64,000 nt of DNA, from assembly GCA_964546275.1 (NCBI GenBank), contig CAZJJG010000002.1:11619-75618 (forward strand). Direction: 5' to 3'. The notes under the pieces were generated by a model. That model worked only from the letters and a program-made list of their open reading frames with translations, was not told the origin of the DNA and did not search any database. The translations under genes were made by a program, and so were the position numbers. The stretch comes from an uncultured Gammaproteobacteria bacterium (GTDB taxonomy: Bacteria; Pseudomonadota; Gammaproteobacteria; Magnimaribacterales; D2472). This document shows, piece by piece, positions 11,527 through 22,242 of the stretch; within the stretch, counting starts at the first letter, position 1, and each line of letters starts with the position of its first letter.

Positions 11527-12293
11527 CTTGGAGTCATTCTCATACCAGAATCAATTCTAATAGTTTCACCATTTAAGTATGAATTAGAAACAATATGAGC
11601 TGCTAAATCACCATACTCTGAAGGCGCTCCAAATCTATGAGGAAATTGAGTTGAGTCAAGAAGAGGTTGTCTAACTTTATCAGGCGCTAGTTGCATCAAT
11701 GGGGTATCAAAAATACCAGGTGCAATAGTGCAAACTCTTATGTTATGTCTTGCGAGATCTCTGGCTGCTGTTAATGTTAATCCTATAACTCCAGCTTTTG
11801 AAGCGCTATATGCTGATTGACCAATCTGACCTTCATAACCTGCGACGGAAGCAGTATTTATAAGAACACCTTTTTCACCCTTCTCATCAGGTTCATTTTT
11901 ATCCATTAATTCTGCAGCTAAACGCATTACGTTAAAGGTGCCAACTAAATTTAAATCAATTATAAATTTAAAGTGATCTAATGGATGAGGAGCATCTTTT
12001 CCAAGTATTCTTGCGCCATACCCCGTTCCAGCACAATTAACTGCTACATGAAGTGCCCCAAATTTTTCTTTAATGCCAGCAATTGCATCCATAACTGGCT
12101 GCTCTTCCATAACATTAGTTAAAAAATATTGTACATTTTCTTCACCTAATGCAGCTTGAACTTCTTTGGCGTTATCCTCATTTAAATCTAGAATAGCTAC
12201 CTTTGCTCCCTCAGAAACAAATTTCTCAACTGTAGCTCTACCTAGACCAGAAGCGCCGCCAGTAACTAATGCAACCTTATTTTTTAAATCCAT
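11523..12293 (-). CDS. Short-chain dehydrogenase, 3-hydroxyacyl-CoA dehydrogenase type II-like
   Basis: It has TGGASGLG, NCAG and the catalytic YSASK. I place the start at MDLKNKVALVTGG (ATG 12293), not the track start at 12374, because the extension overlaps a sigma54-type promoter on the other strand. There is a 4-nt overlap with the downstream reductase. Confidence 0.8.
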   Translation of the reverse strand: MDLKNKVALVTGGASGLGRATVEKFVSEGAKVAILDLNEDNAKEVQAALGEENVQYFLTNVMEEQPVMDAIAGIKEKFGALHVAVNCAGTGYGARILGKDAPHPLDHFKFIIDLNLVGTFNVMRLAAELMDKNEPDEKGEKGVLINTASVAGYEGQIGQSAYSASKAGVIGLTLTAARDLARHNIRVCTIAPGIFDTPLMQLAPDKVRQPLLDSTQFPHRFGAPSEYGDLAAHIVSNSYLNGETIRIDSGMRMTPR

Positions 12294-12368
12294 ATTATCT
12301 CCATAAAAACTTAAGAGTGAATTATAACGATTAACTAATATATGAACAGGCTTTAGATTAAAACCTTT

Positions 12369-12384
12369 TGGCATAGAAATTGCT
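12369..12384 (+). promoter_or_regulatory. Candidate sigma54 (-24/-12) promoter for the porin-like/glnK/amtB operon
   Basis: TGGCATAGAAATTGCT fits the TGGCAC-N5-TTGC(A/T) consensus with GG-N10-GC spacing. It lies ~45 nt upstream of the ATG at 12428, the expected context for Ntr-regulated glnK-amtB. Confidence 0.45.
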
Positions 12385-12427
12385 ATATCAAGGTTAGAAC
12401 TTAAATTTAATTTAACAAGGAGATAAT

Positions 12428-13371
<944 letters not shown>

Positions 13372-13384
13372 AGGAGAAAAAATT

Positions 13385-14671
13385 ATGATTATAAAAAGAT
13401 TATTACTTTCTTGTGCAATGCTATTTTTTGCACCAACACTTCTAGCTCAAGAATTAAATTCTGGAGATACTTCATGGATCTTAACATCTACTGCGCTAGT
13501 ACTATTTATGACTTTACCTGGTCTTGCTTTGTTTTATGGTGGTCTAGTTAGATCCAAAAATGTTCTATCAGTATTGATGCAATGTTTTGCTATTGCCTGC
13601 TTGATATCTGTTTGCTGGGTAGTTTATGGATATAGTTTAGCTTTTAAGGGTGAAGGTCTTTATATTGGTGACTTAAGTGCATTATTCTTATCAGGAATTG
13701 ATAGAGATTCAATGTCTGGATCTATTCCAGAATCACTATTTGTGATGTTCCAAATGACATTTGCCATCATCACTCCTGCTCTTGTCGTTGGAGCATTTGC
13801 TGAAAGAGTAAAATTTGGAGCTATATGTCTATTTTCTGTCCTATGGTTTACTTTTGTGTATTTACCAGCGTGTCATATGGTATGGGGCGGCGGATTACTT
13901 GCTAATGCTGGGGTTATAGATTTTGCTGGTGGTTTGGTAGTTCATACAACTTGTGGTGTAGGTGCGTTAGTAGCAGCAATAATGCTTGGAAATCGTAAAG
14001 GCTTTCCAGGGACTCCAATGCCTCCTCATAACAGAACAATGGTTATGATAGGAGCAAGTATGCTATGGGTTGGCTGGTTTGGCTTTAATGCCGGTAGCGC
14101 TGTCGCAGCAGATTCTAGTGCTAGCATGGCAATGCTAGTTACTCATATAAGTGCAGCAGTTGGAGCTCTAACTTGGATGACCATTGAATGGATGAAACAA
14201 GGCAAGGCCACTATTATTGGTATAGCAACAGGAATGGTTGCTGGCTTAGCAACAATAACCCCTGCTGCAGGCAGTGTTGGCCCAGGAGGAGCTTTGCTTA
14301 TAGGAGTTATGGCTGGTTTTGTATGTTTCTATGCAACACAAGCTATTAAAGGCTATTTTTATATTGATGATTCCTTAGATGTATTTCCAGTTCATGGCGT
14401 TGGAGGTATGCTTGGAATAATTATGATTAGCTTTGTTGGATCACCTGATGGATTTTTAGGATCTGGTGCTGCAGGAATAGCTGATGGCGGAGTTTTAGTT
14501 CAATTAAAAGCTCAATTACTAGGTATTACTGTAGTTGCTGCTTGGACAGCTTTAGCAACCTATATCATTATTAAAGCCATTAATGTCTTTACAGATATTC
14601 GTGTAAGTGAAGATGTTGAAGCTGAAGGTGTTGATATAAATGAACATAACGAACAAGGATATAACTATTAG
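13385..14671 (+). CDS. amtB: Ammonium transporter
   Basis: Amt/Mep signature blocks are present (DFAGGLVVHTTCGVGALV; LDVFPVHGVGGMLG). The start is placed at ATG 13385, which has an AAGGAG RBS at 13371. The track start at 13346 would overlap glnK. Confidence 0.95.
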   Translation: MIIKRLLLSCAMLFFAPTLLAQELNSGDTSWILTSTALVLFMTLPGLALFYGGLVRSKNVLSVLMQCFAIACLISVCWVVYGYSLAFKGEGLYIGDLSALFLSGIDRDSMSGSIPESLFVMFQMTFAIITPALVVGAFAERVKFGAICLFSVLWFTFVYLPACHMVWGGGLLANAGVIDFAGGLVVHTTCGVGALVAAIMLGNRKGFPGTPMPPHNRTMVMIGASMLWVGWFGFNAGSAVAADSSASMAMLVTHISAAVGALTWMTIEWMKQGKATIIGIATGMVAGLATITPAAGSVGPGGALLIGVMAGFVCFYATQAIKGYFYIDDSLDVFPVHGVGGMLGIIMISFVGSPDGFLGSGAAGIADGGVLVQLKAQLLGITVVAAWTALATYIIIKAINVFTDIRVSEDVEAEGVDINEHNEQGYNY

Positions 14672-14672
14672 G

Positions 14673-15800
14673 TTATAGCTTTTCTTTTTGAAGAACAGGA
14701 TTAGAGTATTGTTGTAAAAGCAATGCTTTAATTCCTGGCTTTAATGTCTTAGTTCTTTCTTCAAGATAATCTTTAGCGAGTTGAATTTGGTTATCTGAAA
14801 AATTGCAATCAAGGGTGTAGTTAATATTCTGAATATCACAAGCAGCAAAATTTGAAGGCTGTAATTTATACAACTTAAGTATAGATTGGCTAATCAGTCT
14901 AGCGCAGGTCTCATAATCATCTTCTTTAAAAATTATAGGTGGACCAATATTTAAATTTACTAAACCTTTCTGACCAGAAATTCCATTAGCTATGCTATTT
15001 AAATCTTCTCTATCAGATTTGATATATTCTTGATTTTTTTTAAGAGCATATAACTCGTTTGCTTTGAATAGATCATTTGGATCAAACTCATACGAAACCG
15101 CAACAGGAATAAAGCACAATGAATTAAAGTAATCATTAATTCGAATAGATTTTCTTTTTATCAAATGAATCATTTTTAGCAAGGCTGGATCTGTTTCATC
15201 AATTCCATCTTTAGCTCGGCCTTGTTTTTGCGCAATCCAAATTGGCTCATTTTTATCTAAAATACTATCTTCAATATATTCAGATGCTAAATTTAACCCT
15301 TGGTATATTTCACGTTTAGATTTACCTGTTCTATCAATAATAAAACTCTTATTTAGTCTCATAAGGTCTGAGGCCCAAGCTTCACTCATTAAATTATTGC
15401 CAACAGCAATATTAGTGGTCTTGTAGTTATTTTGATGTAGCATAAAATTTAATAAAGCTGGATCTACAGTTATATCTCTATGATTAGATATGTACAAATA
15501 AGCTTTATCAGGTTCAATATTTTCAAAACCATTACAGGTAAATCCTGAGGTTTTAGTGTCAATCATATTGCTAACTAAATTCTCAAAAATAGATTGATAG
15601 TCCTTGATTGTATGAATATCTTTTATCTTGCTTTGAAGAATTTTCGATACAATCAAGCTACTAAAAGGTGCTTTTGTTAAATAGCTATATTTACTTGCAG
15701 ATATGAAAGCTTTTACAACATCTTTGTTTGTAGATAGCTCTTGAAGTACGCTTTGCACTTCTGAATCTGTGTAGGGTCTAATAGAATCAAATCTTTTCAC
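14673..15800 (-). CDS. PlsC-superfamily glycerolipid acyltransferase (lysophospholipid acyltransferase-like)
   Basis: 375 aa with the HX4D catalytic block (SNHRDITVDPALL) and a downstream IAQKQGRAKDG block. The substrate is unknown. The start codon appears to be GTG. Confidence 0.6.
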   Translation of the reverse strand: MKRFDSIRPYTDSEVQSVLQELSTNKDVVKAFISASKYSYLTKAPFSSLIVSKILQSKIKDIHTIKDYQSIFENLVSNMIDTKTSGFTCNGFENIEPDKAYLYISNHRDITVDPALLNFMLHQNNYKTTNIAVGNNLMSEAWASDLMRLNKSFIIDRTGKSKREIYQGLNLASEYIEDSILDKNEPIWIAQKQGRAKDGIDETDPALLKMIHLIKRKSIRINDYFNSLCFIPVAVSYEFDPNDLFKANELYALKKNQEYIKSDREDLNSIANGISGQKGLVNLNIGPPIIFKEDDYETCARLISQSILKLYKLQPSNFAACDIQNINYTLDCNFSDNQIQLAKDYLEERTKTLKPGIKALLLQQYSNPVLQKEKL

Positions 15801-15851
15801 TTGTGACCATTAGGATATAATTTAGTTTTTATTTTACATGAATATTAGTAT

Positions 15852-16592
15852 ATGAAACATTATTTAGACTTTCCGGGAATAGCCGTACTTGCTCACAGAG
15901 GTGGAGCATTAGAGGCAAATGAAAATACTCTTGAATCTTTTCAGTATGCTGATGAAATTGGATGTGAATATATAGAAACAGATGTTCAGGTTTCATCGGA
16001 TGGTATTCCTTATATATTTCATGATGAAGATTTATCAAGAATAGTTGGTGAAAGAAAAAACTTTAATGAATTATCAAGCTCTGAAATTAATAATCTAGTA
16101 ATCTTTATAGATCATAAAATTCCAACCTTGGAGTCAGTCCTTTTAAGTCTTCCAAACACATTATTCCAGATTGATGTAAAAACAGATGATGTAGCTCTGC
16201 CCGCATTAAAAGTTATTGAAAAATGTGGGGCTCTTGATAGAGTCTGTATTGCCAGCTTTTCTAGCAATCGTTTAGAGGTGGTTAGAGAAAAGTTTCCAAA
16301 TATTTGTATCTCAATGGGACCAAAAGAAATTATAAAAACCCTACTAGCAAGCTTTGGCTTGTATTCAAAGCCTATACATGGAGACTGTCTTCAAGTTCCA
16401 ATTTATTATTATGGAATAAAAATTGTTACTCAAAGATTTATCAATTACGTCCAAAGTCAGGGTTTGAAAATTATTGTTTGGACAATAAATGATATCAAAT
16501 CAATGAATAAGCTAATGGATATGGGTGTTGATGGAATTATTACTGATAAACCAATGGAGCTAAAAAGACTATTAACTAAGAGAAGTACTTAG
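15852..16592 (+). CDS. Glycerophosphodiester phosphodiesterase family protein
   Basis: 246 aa with the GDPD motifs AHRGG...ENT, IETDVQVSSDG and a C-terminal VDGIITDKP. Confidence 0.85.
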   Translation: MKHYLDFPGIAVLAHRGGALEANENTLESFQYADEIGCEYIETDVQVSSDGIPYIFHDEDLSRIVGERKNFNELSSSEINNLVIFIDHKIPTLESVLLSLPNTLFQIDVKTDDVALPALKVIEKCGALDRVCIASFSSNRLEVVREKFPNICISMGPKEIIKTLLASFGLYSKPIHGDCLQVPIYYYGIKIVTQRFINYVQSQGLKIIVWTINDIKSMNKLMDMGVDGIITDKPMELKRLLTKRST

Positions 16593-16776
16593 TCTTAAAT
16601 TTTATAAAAAACCTTTTAGCGAAATAATACATTGGTAAGATTATTCCTGTGGTTATCAATATTTCAATAGCAAAACTAAAGTCTAATAAGCTTCTAATAT
16701 AGGGTGCAACTATAAATCCTGCAAAGGCTCCTAAGACGCTATAAAAAATAATTGATTCTTTACTTAATAGTTTCAT
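16576..16776 (-). CDS. Hypothetical 66-aa two-TM protein
   Basis: ORF with two hydrophobic helices. It overlaps the stop of the upstream MFS gene by 17 nt, an operon-like arrangement. No homology is recognised. Confidence 0.35.
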   Translation of the reverse strand: MKLLSKESIIFYSVLGAFAGFIVAPYIRSLLDFSFAIEILITTGIILPMYYFAKRFFIKFKTKYFS

Positions 16777-18016
16777 TTGGCTCCTTAACTTTCAGCATAA
16801 TCATTCCACCAGTAATAAATAATAAAATAATTGGGGTTAGTGCAATAGTAATGCTATCAAATACAGTTATAAAAATAGCAACTAGAGCTGGGCCAATAAA
16901 AGCTCCAGCCTTCCCAAAAGTATTAAAGAAACCAAAGAATTCTCCTGATTTTTCTTCTGGTACAAGTTTTCCAAATAAGCTTCTTGAGCAAGCCTGAATT
17001 CCACCCTGAACAGATCCTACACCTGCTGCAAGGATATAAAATTCAGTCGCTGAAGAAAGGGTCGTTGAATAAAAAATTATTCCTATGTAAGCCACTATAC
17101 ATATATTAATTACAGATCTATCTCCGTAACGAGAAGAAATCCGTGACCAAATTAATGTCGCTGGAAATGCTACAAATTGAACAAGAATTAAACCAACGAT
17201 AACTGAGCTACTTGCAAGACCTAAATTTAATGCAAATGTTGATGCAAGAGCCATGACTGTATGAACTCCATCAATATATAAAAAGAATGCTAATAGAAAT
17301 AGAAAAGCATTTTTATGTTCAGAAATATTTCTTAAAGTTACAAACACTTTAATAGTAGATTCCTTAACTAAAGATTTTTCATATAATGCGACACCTCTAT
17401 CCTTGTAATGAATTAATAAAGGTATTAAAAACATTCCCCACCAAACAGATACCATTACAAATGACCATTGAATTGCTTCAGATGCATCTGCGAGACCAAA
17501 TGTTTCTGGTGATAAAGTCATAAAAGCATTAATTAAAAATAATACGCCTCCTCCTAGATAACCATAAGCAAAGCCAAGGCTAGAAATTCTTGTCAATTGA
17601 GATTGAGGTGCAATTTGTACAAGCATTTTGTCGTAAAGAATATTACCTGCAGAGAAACAATAATTCGCAATGCCAAAAAATAACAAAGCTGTAAACCAGT
17701 CACCTAAATCGAGTACAGATAGCAAGGCAACAAAAAAAATAGAAATTAATACAAAAAAGGTGAATAGTTTTTTAGTTGTTCTGGATAGGTCAGTTATAGA
17801 ACCGATAATTGGAGCTGAGAATAGTAAAGCTAAGTTACTAAAAGTTAAAGTCCAACTGTAATATGATGCCGCAGTAAGATTATCAACGCCTGTTGACCAA
17901 AACTCTTTATAAAAAATTGGGAAAAATGCTGCAACAACAGTAGTTGCAAATGCAGAATTTCCTGCATCATAAGCAATCCAAGCTTTTGATTCTGTATTTA
18001 AGCGAAATTTTGACAT
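16760..18016 (-). CDS. MFS transporter, UMF1/Atg22-like family
   Basis: 418 aa, ~12 TM segments, with the N-terminal WIAYDAGNSAFATTVVAAFFPIFY block typical of the UMF1 family. Confidence 0.8.
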   Translation of the reverse strand: MSKFRLNTESKAWIAYDAGNSAFATTVVAAFFPIFYKEFWSTGVDNLTAASYYSWTLTFSNLALLFSAPIIGSITDLSRTTKKLFTFFVLISIFFVALLSVLDLGDWFTALLFFGIANYCFSAGNILYDKMLVQIAPQSQLTRISSLGFAYGYLGGGVLFLINAFMTLSPETFGLADASEAIQWSFVMVSVWWGMFLIPLLIHYKDRGVALYEKSLVKESTIKVFVTLRNISEHKNAFLFLLAFFLYIDGVHTVMALASTFALNLGLASSSVIVGLILVQFVAFPATLIWSRISSRYGDRSVINICIVAYIGIIFYSTTLSSATEFYILAAGVGSVQGGIQACSRSLFGKLVPEEKSGEFFGFFNTFGKAGAFIGPALVAIFITVFDSITIALTPIILLFITGGMIMLKVKEPNETIK

Positions 18017-18171
18017 CTAATGATGCTCCTAACATGGCTTGATTAAGGTCAATCATAACCTGAATATACAGAGTAATTAAGTCTATTGTTTAACATTAGT
18101 AAAAAGAGGAAATGTTAAAAAGCTTGAATATATAAGTATTTTTTTTTATATTTGTAGTAAGGGAGATTTTT

Positions 18172-18276
18172 ATGAATACTGATTCAGATACTATGAGACA
18201 TGGCGCGTTCTTTGTTCTAGGGATAGGTGCGCTTATTTTTGCACTTGGTCTTGGTTCAATGTTTTACGTAGGTTAG
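18172..18276 (+). CDS. Hypothetical 34-aa single-TM peptide (below the ORF-track cut-off)
   Basis: Hand translation gives MNTDSDTMRHGAFFVLGIGALIFALGLGSMFYVG*. It is preceded by AAGGGAG with 6-nt spacing. It is the only plus-strand coding potential in a 264-bp gap. Confidence 0.3.
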   Translation: MNTDSDTMRHGAFFVLGIGALIFALGLGSMFYVG

Positions 18277-18279
18277 AGC

Positions 18280-18615
18280 TTAACCAGGAGGCCAGGAAAG
18301 TGTTCTGCCTGATAAAAGGTGGATATGAATATGGAAAACGCTTTGACCTGCTTTAGCGCCATTGTTAACAACCAACCTAAATGTATCCTCAACACCAACT
18401 TGCCTTGCCACCTCTCCTGCAACCCACATCAAATGTCCAAGAATATCTTTATCTTCTTTAAGAGCATCTGAGACTTTAGGAATTGGCTTTTTGGGAATAA
18501 TTAATAGATGAGTAGGTGCTTGAGGATTAATATCTTTAATGACTATGGATAAATCATCTTCATAAACAATATCAGCTGGTATCTCTCTATCAATAATCTT
18601 TTGAAATAATGTCAT
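18280..18615 (-). CDS. HIT-family (histidine triad) nucleotide hydrolase
   Basis: 111 aa with the QSVFHIHIHLL histidine triad and an N-terminal CIF-like IFQKIIDREIPA. Confidence 0.9.
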   Translation of the reverse strand: MTLFQKIIDREIPADIVYEDDLSIVIKDINPQAPTHLLIIPKKPIPKVSDALKEDKDILGHLMWVAGEVARQVGVEDTFRLVVNNGAKAGQSVFHIHIHLLSGRTLSWPPG

Positions 18616-18633
18616 TAGATTAATAAATGAAGC

Positions 18634-18825
18634 TTAGAGGACGAATCTAGTAAATAGTCTAAAGACTATATAAAAAATAGCTGAGGTCATTGCTAGTGCC
18701 AAAAGCACAACAAATAAATCTCTAATTATTTGGATAAATCTTCCTGATCTTTTTGCCTTAAGTAGCTGCTGAAATAAAAAAACAACCGCTATAAGACTTA
18801 TAAATAAAATTAATATATTAATCAT
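18634..18825 (-). CDS. Hypothetical 63-aa two-TM protein
   Basis: ORF with two hydrophobic helices separated by a basic loop (KAKRSGRF). No homology is recognised. Confidence 0.35.
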   Translation of the reverse strand: MINILILFISLIAVVFLFQQLLKAKRSGRFIQIIRDLFVVLLALAMTSAIFYIVFRLFTRFVL

Positions 18826-18831
18826 AATGTT

Positions 18832-19338
18832 TTAATTAAAAATGGCTCCTATTCCAATTACTAAAAACCCAAGAGCAGTTCCCCATAAAAGACATGCAAT
18901 TACGTCTGCTATATAAAATCTTACAGCTTTTACATCAGAAACTCCAAGCAAAAAGGGAGTGAGAGCTCTAATAGCTGGAATAAATCTTCCAAATAAAACA
19001 GTATAAGGGCCAAATTTATCTAAAAATTTTTGAGCTCTATTGATGGTCTTTTGTCTCTTTATTAAAATTCTAGAGTTAATGATTTGTGGTCCAAGTGTTT
19101 TACCTAAGAGAAAACTTGAAACATCTCCAGTATGAGCTCCTATTACTGCTAAAGGGACAATACCAAAAATAGTTAAGACATCCATGTTATATAAAAATAT
19201 ACATACTGAAAAAAGTATTGCAGAAGATATAAAAACACCTGTAATTAAAAAAGATTCTGCAAAAGCAAGAAATATAATAATTAACCAAGAATACTCAGTA
19301 TTATTAATTAAAAATTGTTGTATGGATTCAAGATTCAT
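18832..19338 (-). CDS. DedA/VTT-domain membrane protein
   Basis: 168 aa with the DedA-type motif FGRFIPAIRALTPFLLGV and flanking TM helices. Confidence 0.75.
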   Translation of the reverse strand: MNLESIQQFLINNTEYSWLIIIFLAFAESFLITGVFISSAILFSVCIFLYNMDVLTIFGIVPLAVIGAHTGDVSSFLLGKTLGPQIINSRILIKRQKTINRAQKFLDKFGPYTVLFGRFIPAIRALTPFLLGVSDVKAVRFYIADVIACLLWGTALGFLVIGIGAIFN

Positions 19339-19410
19339 ATGTGGAGAGAAATTATATCAGTTGTAAATTACAATCGGATCAAATATTGTAACTATAAAAA
19401 AGAGATAGTT

Positions 19411-20532
19411 ATGATTGAAAAATTTCAAATACATATAGATGATTCAGAAATAGAATTACTTCATAAAAAAATTGAGCTCACACGTTGGCCAGATGAAGTA
19501 AATGATTTTAAGTGGTCTTATGGAACTAGTTTAAAGTTTATGCAGCATGTTGCTGACTACTGGGTTAATAATTTTAATTGGCGAGATCATGAGGCAGCTT
19601 TAAATGATATTGGCAGCTTTAAATTTAAAACATCTAGTGGTCTAAAACTTCACTTTTTGCATTCAAAATCATCAAACCCAAATGCAGTCCCTCTCTTGCT
19701 TACCCATGGCTGGCCTGGGAGTATTCAAGAGTTTTTAAAAATTATCCCTCTTTTACAAAATAATCCAGAAATAGATTTCCATATCGTATGCCCTGCACTT
19801 GTAGGTTTTGGTTTTTCAGATAAAGCTACCGAACCTGGAATGAGTTCAGAAGAAATAGCAAAGCTTCAGCATGAATTAATGTTAGAGCTTGGTTATGATA
19901 AATATATTGTTCAAGGAGGAGATTGGGGTGCAACAGTTAGTAAATGGATGGCTGAATTATTTCCTGAATCATGTCTTGGTATTCATTTAAATTTAGTAAT
20001 AGCATGGCCTCCTGCAGATGGAGATCCGATGGAGGGATTGAGCAAAGATGAAATTAAGGGGCTTGAAAATCATCAAAAATATCAGTCAATTGGTTCGGGA
20101 TACTATGCAATACAAAGCACCAAACCTCAAACCTTAGGCTATGGGCTTAATGACTCACCTATTGGATTAGCAGCTTGGATAATTGAAAAATTTCATGCCT
20201 GGACAGATGATGAAAATAATAAACTAATGATAGATCTGGATGAGGTCTTGGCTATTGTTTCTTTATATTGGTTTACTGAATCAATTACTTCGTCAGCAAG
20301 AATATATAAAGCTAATTCACCAGAAGGAGGCTTCTCTCTTAACCCAGTGAGCACTCCATTTGCAGGTGTAATATTTAATAATGAAATTATTAAACCTCCT
20401 CGAGCATGGGCTGAAAAAATATATAACATAGTCCAGTGGAGTAATTATGATGGCGGACATTTTGCTGCCATAGAGAACCCTGAAGTTTTAGCTCAAGATA
20501 TTATTAACTTTGTAAAAAAATTAGAGCTTTAG
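19411..20532 (+). CDS. Epoxide hydrolase (microsomal EH-like alpha/beta hydrolase with EHN N-domain)
   Basis: It has the EHN-type N-terminus (IELTRWPDE...), the HGWPGS oxyanion motif and the nucleophile block QGGDWGA. The start is placed at MIEKFQIH (ATG 19411), since the track start at 19315 overlaps the divergent DedA gene. Confidence 0.8.
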   Translation: MIEKFQIHIDDSEIELLHKKIELTRWPDEVNDFKWSYGTSLKFMQHVADYWVNNFNWRDHEAALNDIGSFKFKTSSGLKLHFLHSKSSNPNAVPLLLTHGWPGSIQEFLKIIPLLQNNPEIDFHIVCPALVGFGFSDKATEPGMSSEEIAKLQHELMLELGYDKYIVQGGDWGATVSKWMAELFPESCLGIHLNLVIAWPPADGDPMEGLSKDEIKGLENHQKYQSIGSGYYAIQSTKPQTLGYGLNDSPIGLAAWIIEKFHAWTDDENNKLMIDLDEVLAIVSLYWFTESITSSARIYKANSPEGGFSLNPVSTPFAGVIFNNEIIKPPRAWAEKIYNIVQWSNYDGGHFAAIENPEVLAQDIINFVKKLEL

Positions 20533-21579
20533 TTTTTTAATAATATCTTTAAAGGAAAGGTATTTAAAATTTTGATTCTTAGCTTGATCTTTATCAAAAT
20601 TATATCCATCTTGAACAACCATAATGCCCATAGGAAAATCTCTATTTAGATTATTGCTTAAAATAGCAACACCATCTGTATCGCTAGTACCATCAATAGC
20701 TCCATAAAGTGAGTTTCCCACTCTAAAACTGTCAATATAGTTATAAGGCGCCTCTCTATTATAAAGATTATATTTTGAATCGCCTTGAGAGGATAAAACA
20801 ACATAACCACTTAATAAGGAAGTTTTATATATGGCAACACCCTCCGGATCACCGCCAATATTTCCTGCTCTAGAATCTATTATGATAGCTGAATCAAAGT
20901 CTAGCGAATCGTTAACTTGATAGGCTTTTAAGACGCCATTAGTATTTTCTTCTGAAATGAATAATGTTCTATTTTCATCATCATAAACACAACCCTCAGA
21001 CTCACCATTATTACTAAAAGTAGTGAGTAGCTTTAATGTATTATTTGAATATTGCCATAATTCAACACTGGGACCTCCGTCCTCGGTAGCAAATACTATT
21101 AAACCTAATTGAGGATCATTACCTGCACAAATACCATATATATTTATATTTGATAACATTTGAATTAAAGGTTCTTTTGCAAGGGCAAAATTCATATCAA
21201 TAATATCAAGCCTTATATCGCTATCCTTATAAGCCCACATATCTATGGATTGTGTAGTTCTATTAGAAGCAAAAAAATAAGTATCTGAGCGATTTTTGTT
21301 ATAAAGAGTTCTTAAATCTATATTATTTATACTACCTAATTCTGTAAAACCTAGCGCTTTACCTGTTAAGTCATATACATGGACGCCACTTCTTTTATCT
21401 GTTCCAAAAATTAATGATCTAGATGGCTGCTCTGCATTAAGCCAGATAGCTGGATCATCGGCAGCATCTCCAGGAGTAAGCACTTCAACTGTTTCATATT
21501 TAGGAGAAATTTCTTGAAAATCTGCATTTAGATTAAGCAAAGGAAGGACAATAAAAAGAAATAGGTATCTTTTGCTCAT
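20521..21579 (-). CDS. Beta-propeller phytase (3-phytase, BPP family), secreted
   Basis: 352 aa with a signal peptide (LFLFIVLPLLNLNA), the GDAADDPAIWLN motif typical of BPP phytases and a repeated propeller-blade pattern with DPEG. Confidence 0.75.
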   Translation of the reverse strand: MSKRYLFLFIVLPLLNLNADFQEISPKYETVEVLTPGDAADDPAIWLNAEQPSRSLIFGTDKRSGVHVYDLTGKALGFTELGSINNIDLRTLYNKNRSDTYFFASNRTTQSIDMWAYKDSDIRLDIIDMNFALAKEPLIQMLSNINIYGICAGNDPQLGLIVFATEDGGPSVELWQYSNNTLKLLTTFSNNGESEGCVYDDENRTLFISEENTNGVLKAYQVNDSLDFDSAIIIDSRAGNIGGDPEGVAIYKTSLLSGYVVLSSQGDSKYNLYNREAPYNYIDSFRVGNSLYGAIDGTSDTDGVAILSNNLNRDFPMGIMVVQDGYNFDKDQAKNQNFKYLSFKDIIKKLKL

Positions 21580-21589
21580 CGTTTTAAAA

Positions 21590-22186
21590 TTAGTCTTTTT
21601 GAGCTATGCAGCTTAAAAGATATGCATAAGAAGCTCTGTGAGCTTCGGTTTTACCAATATCATTAAGTTCATCATTTTCTTTTACATTTAAAGAAAATAT
21701 AGAAATTATTATCTGAACTATAACCAAGAATACTCCGTCCTTGTTAAACATAGACGGAAGCTGAACTTCGCTTTCAATATATTTCATAACCTCTGATGAT
21801 ATTTTATGTAGATCTTCGGATTCAGCAGATGGGCTAACAGTATTATTTAAAATAATTTTTTGAGCTCCTGTATTAATTGTAAAGAAATTAAAAATTCTTA
21901 AAACTGATTCTTTCATTACTCCTGATAAATCTTCTTCAAAATCAGCACTTTCAGATTTACCAAACTCTAATGAGCATTCATTTAAATATCTTTTAACTAG
22001 TAATAGTTTTACATCATCTGGATTAGCAAAAAATTTATAAGTAGATGTTCTCTTTAAACCAGAATGTAATGCGAGATTTGAAATAGTTATATCATCAATA
22101 TTGCCTGTGAGTAATATTTGATGAGCTGCCTCAATTATTGCAGCAACTCGTAATTTACTTCTTTCTTGTTTAGCGGAAACACCCAT
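21590..22186 (-). CDS. TetR-family transcriptional regulator
   Basis: 198 aa with an N-terminal HTH (ITISNLALHSGLKRTSTYKFF) and a variable C-terminal ligand domain. Confidence 0.8.
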   Translation of the reverse strand: MGVSAKQERSKLRVAAIIEAAHQILLTGNIDDITISNLALHSGLKRTSTYKFFANPDDVKLLLVKRYLNECSLEFGKSESADFEEDLSGVMKESVLRIFNFFTINTGAQKIILNNTVSPSAESEDLHKISSEVMKYIESEVQLPSMFNKDGVFLVIVQIIISIFSLNVKENDELNDIGKTEAHRASYAYLLSCIAQKD

Positions 22187-22197
22187 AGCTCAATTAT

Positions 22198-22211
22198 GGA
22201 CAAATGTTCAG
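22198..22211. promoter_or_regulatory. Imperfect inverted repeat, candidate TetR operator
   Basis: TGGACAaaTGTTCA has 5 of 6 arm positions complementary and lies 12 nt upstream of the TetR start codon. Confidence 0.3.
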
Positions 22212-22242
22212 AAAAGTAAATTAAGAATTATAAATAAAGTAA

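Noticed and set aside
15801-15851. TTGTGACCAT near the GDPD/acyltransferase divergent start sites as another Pho-box unit.
   Set aside because: It is a single copy in the wrong orientation and spacing relative to the TATAAT at 15816..15821, and there is no phased partner. This would be over-reading an AT-rich spacer.
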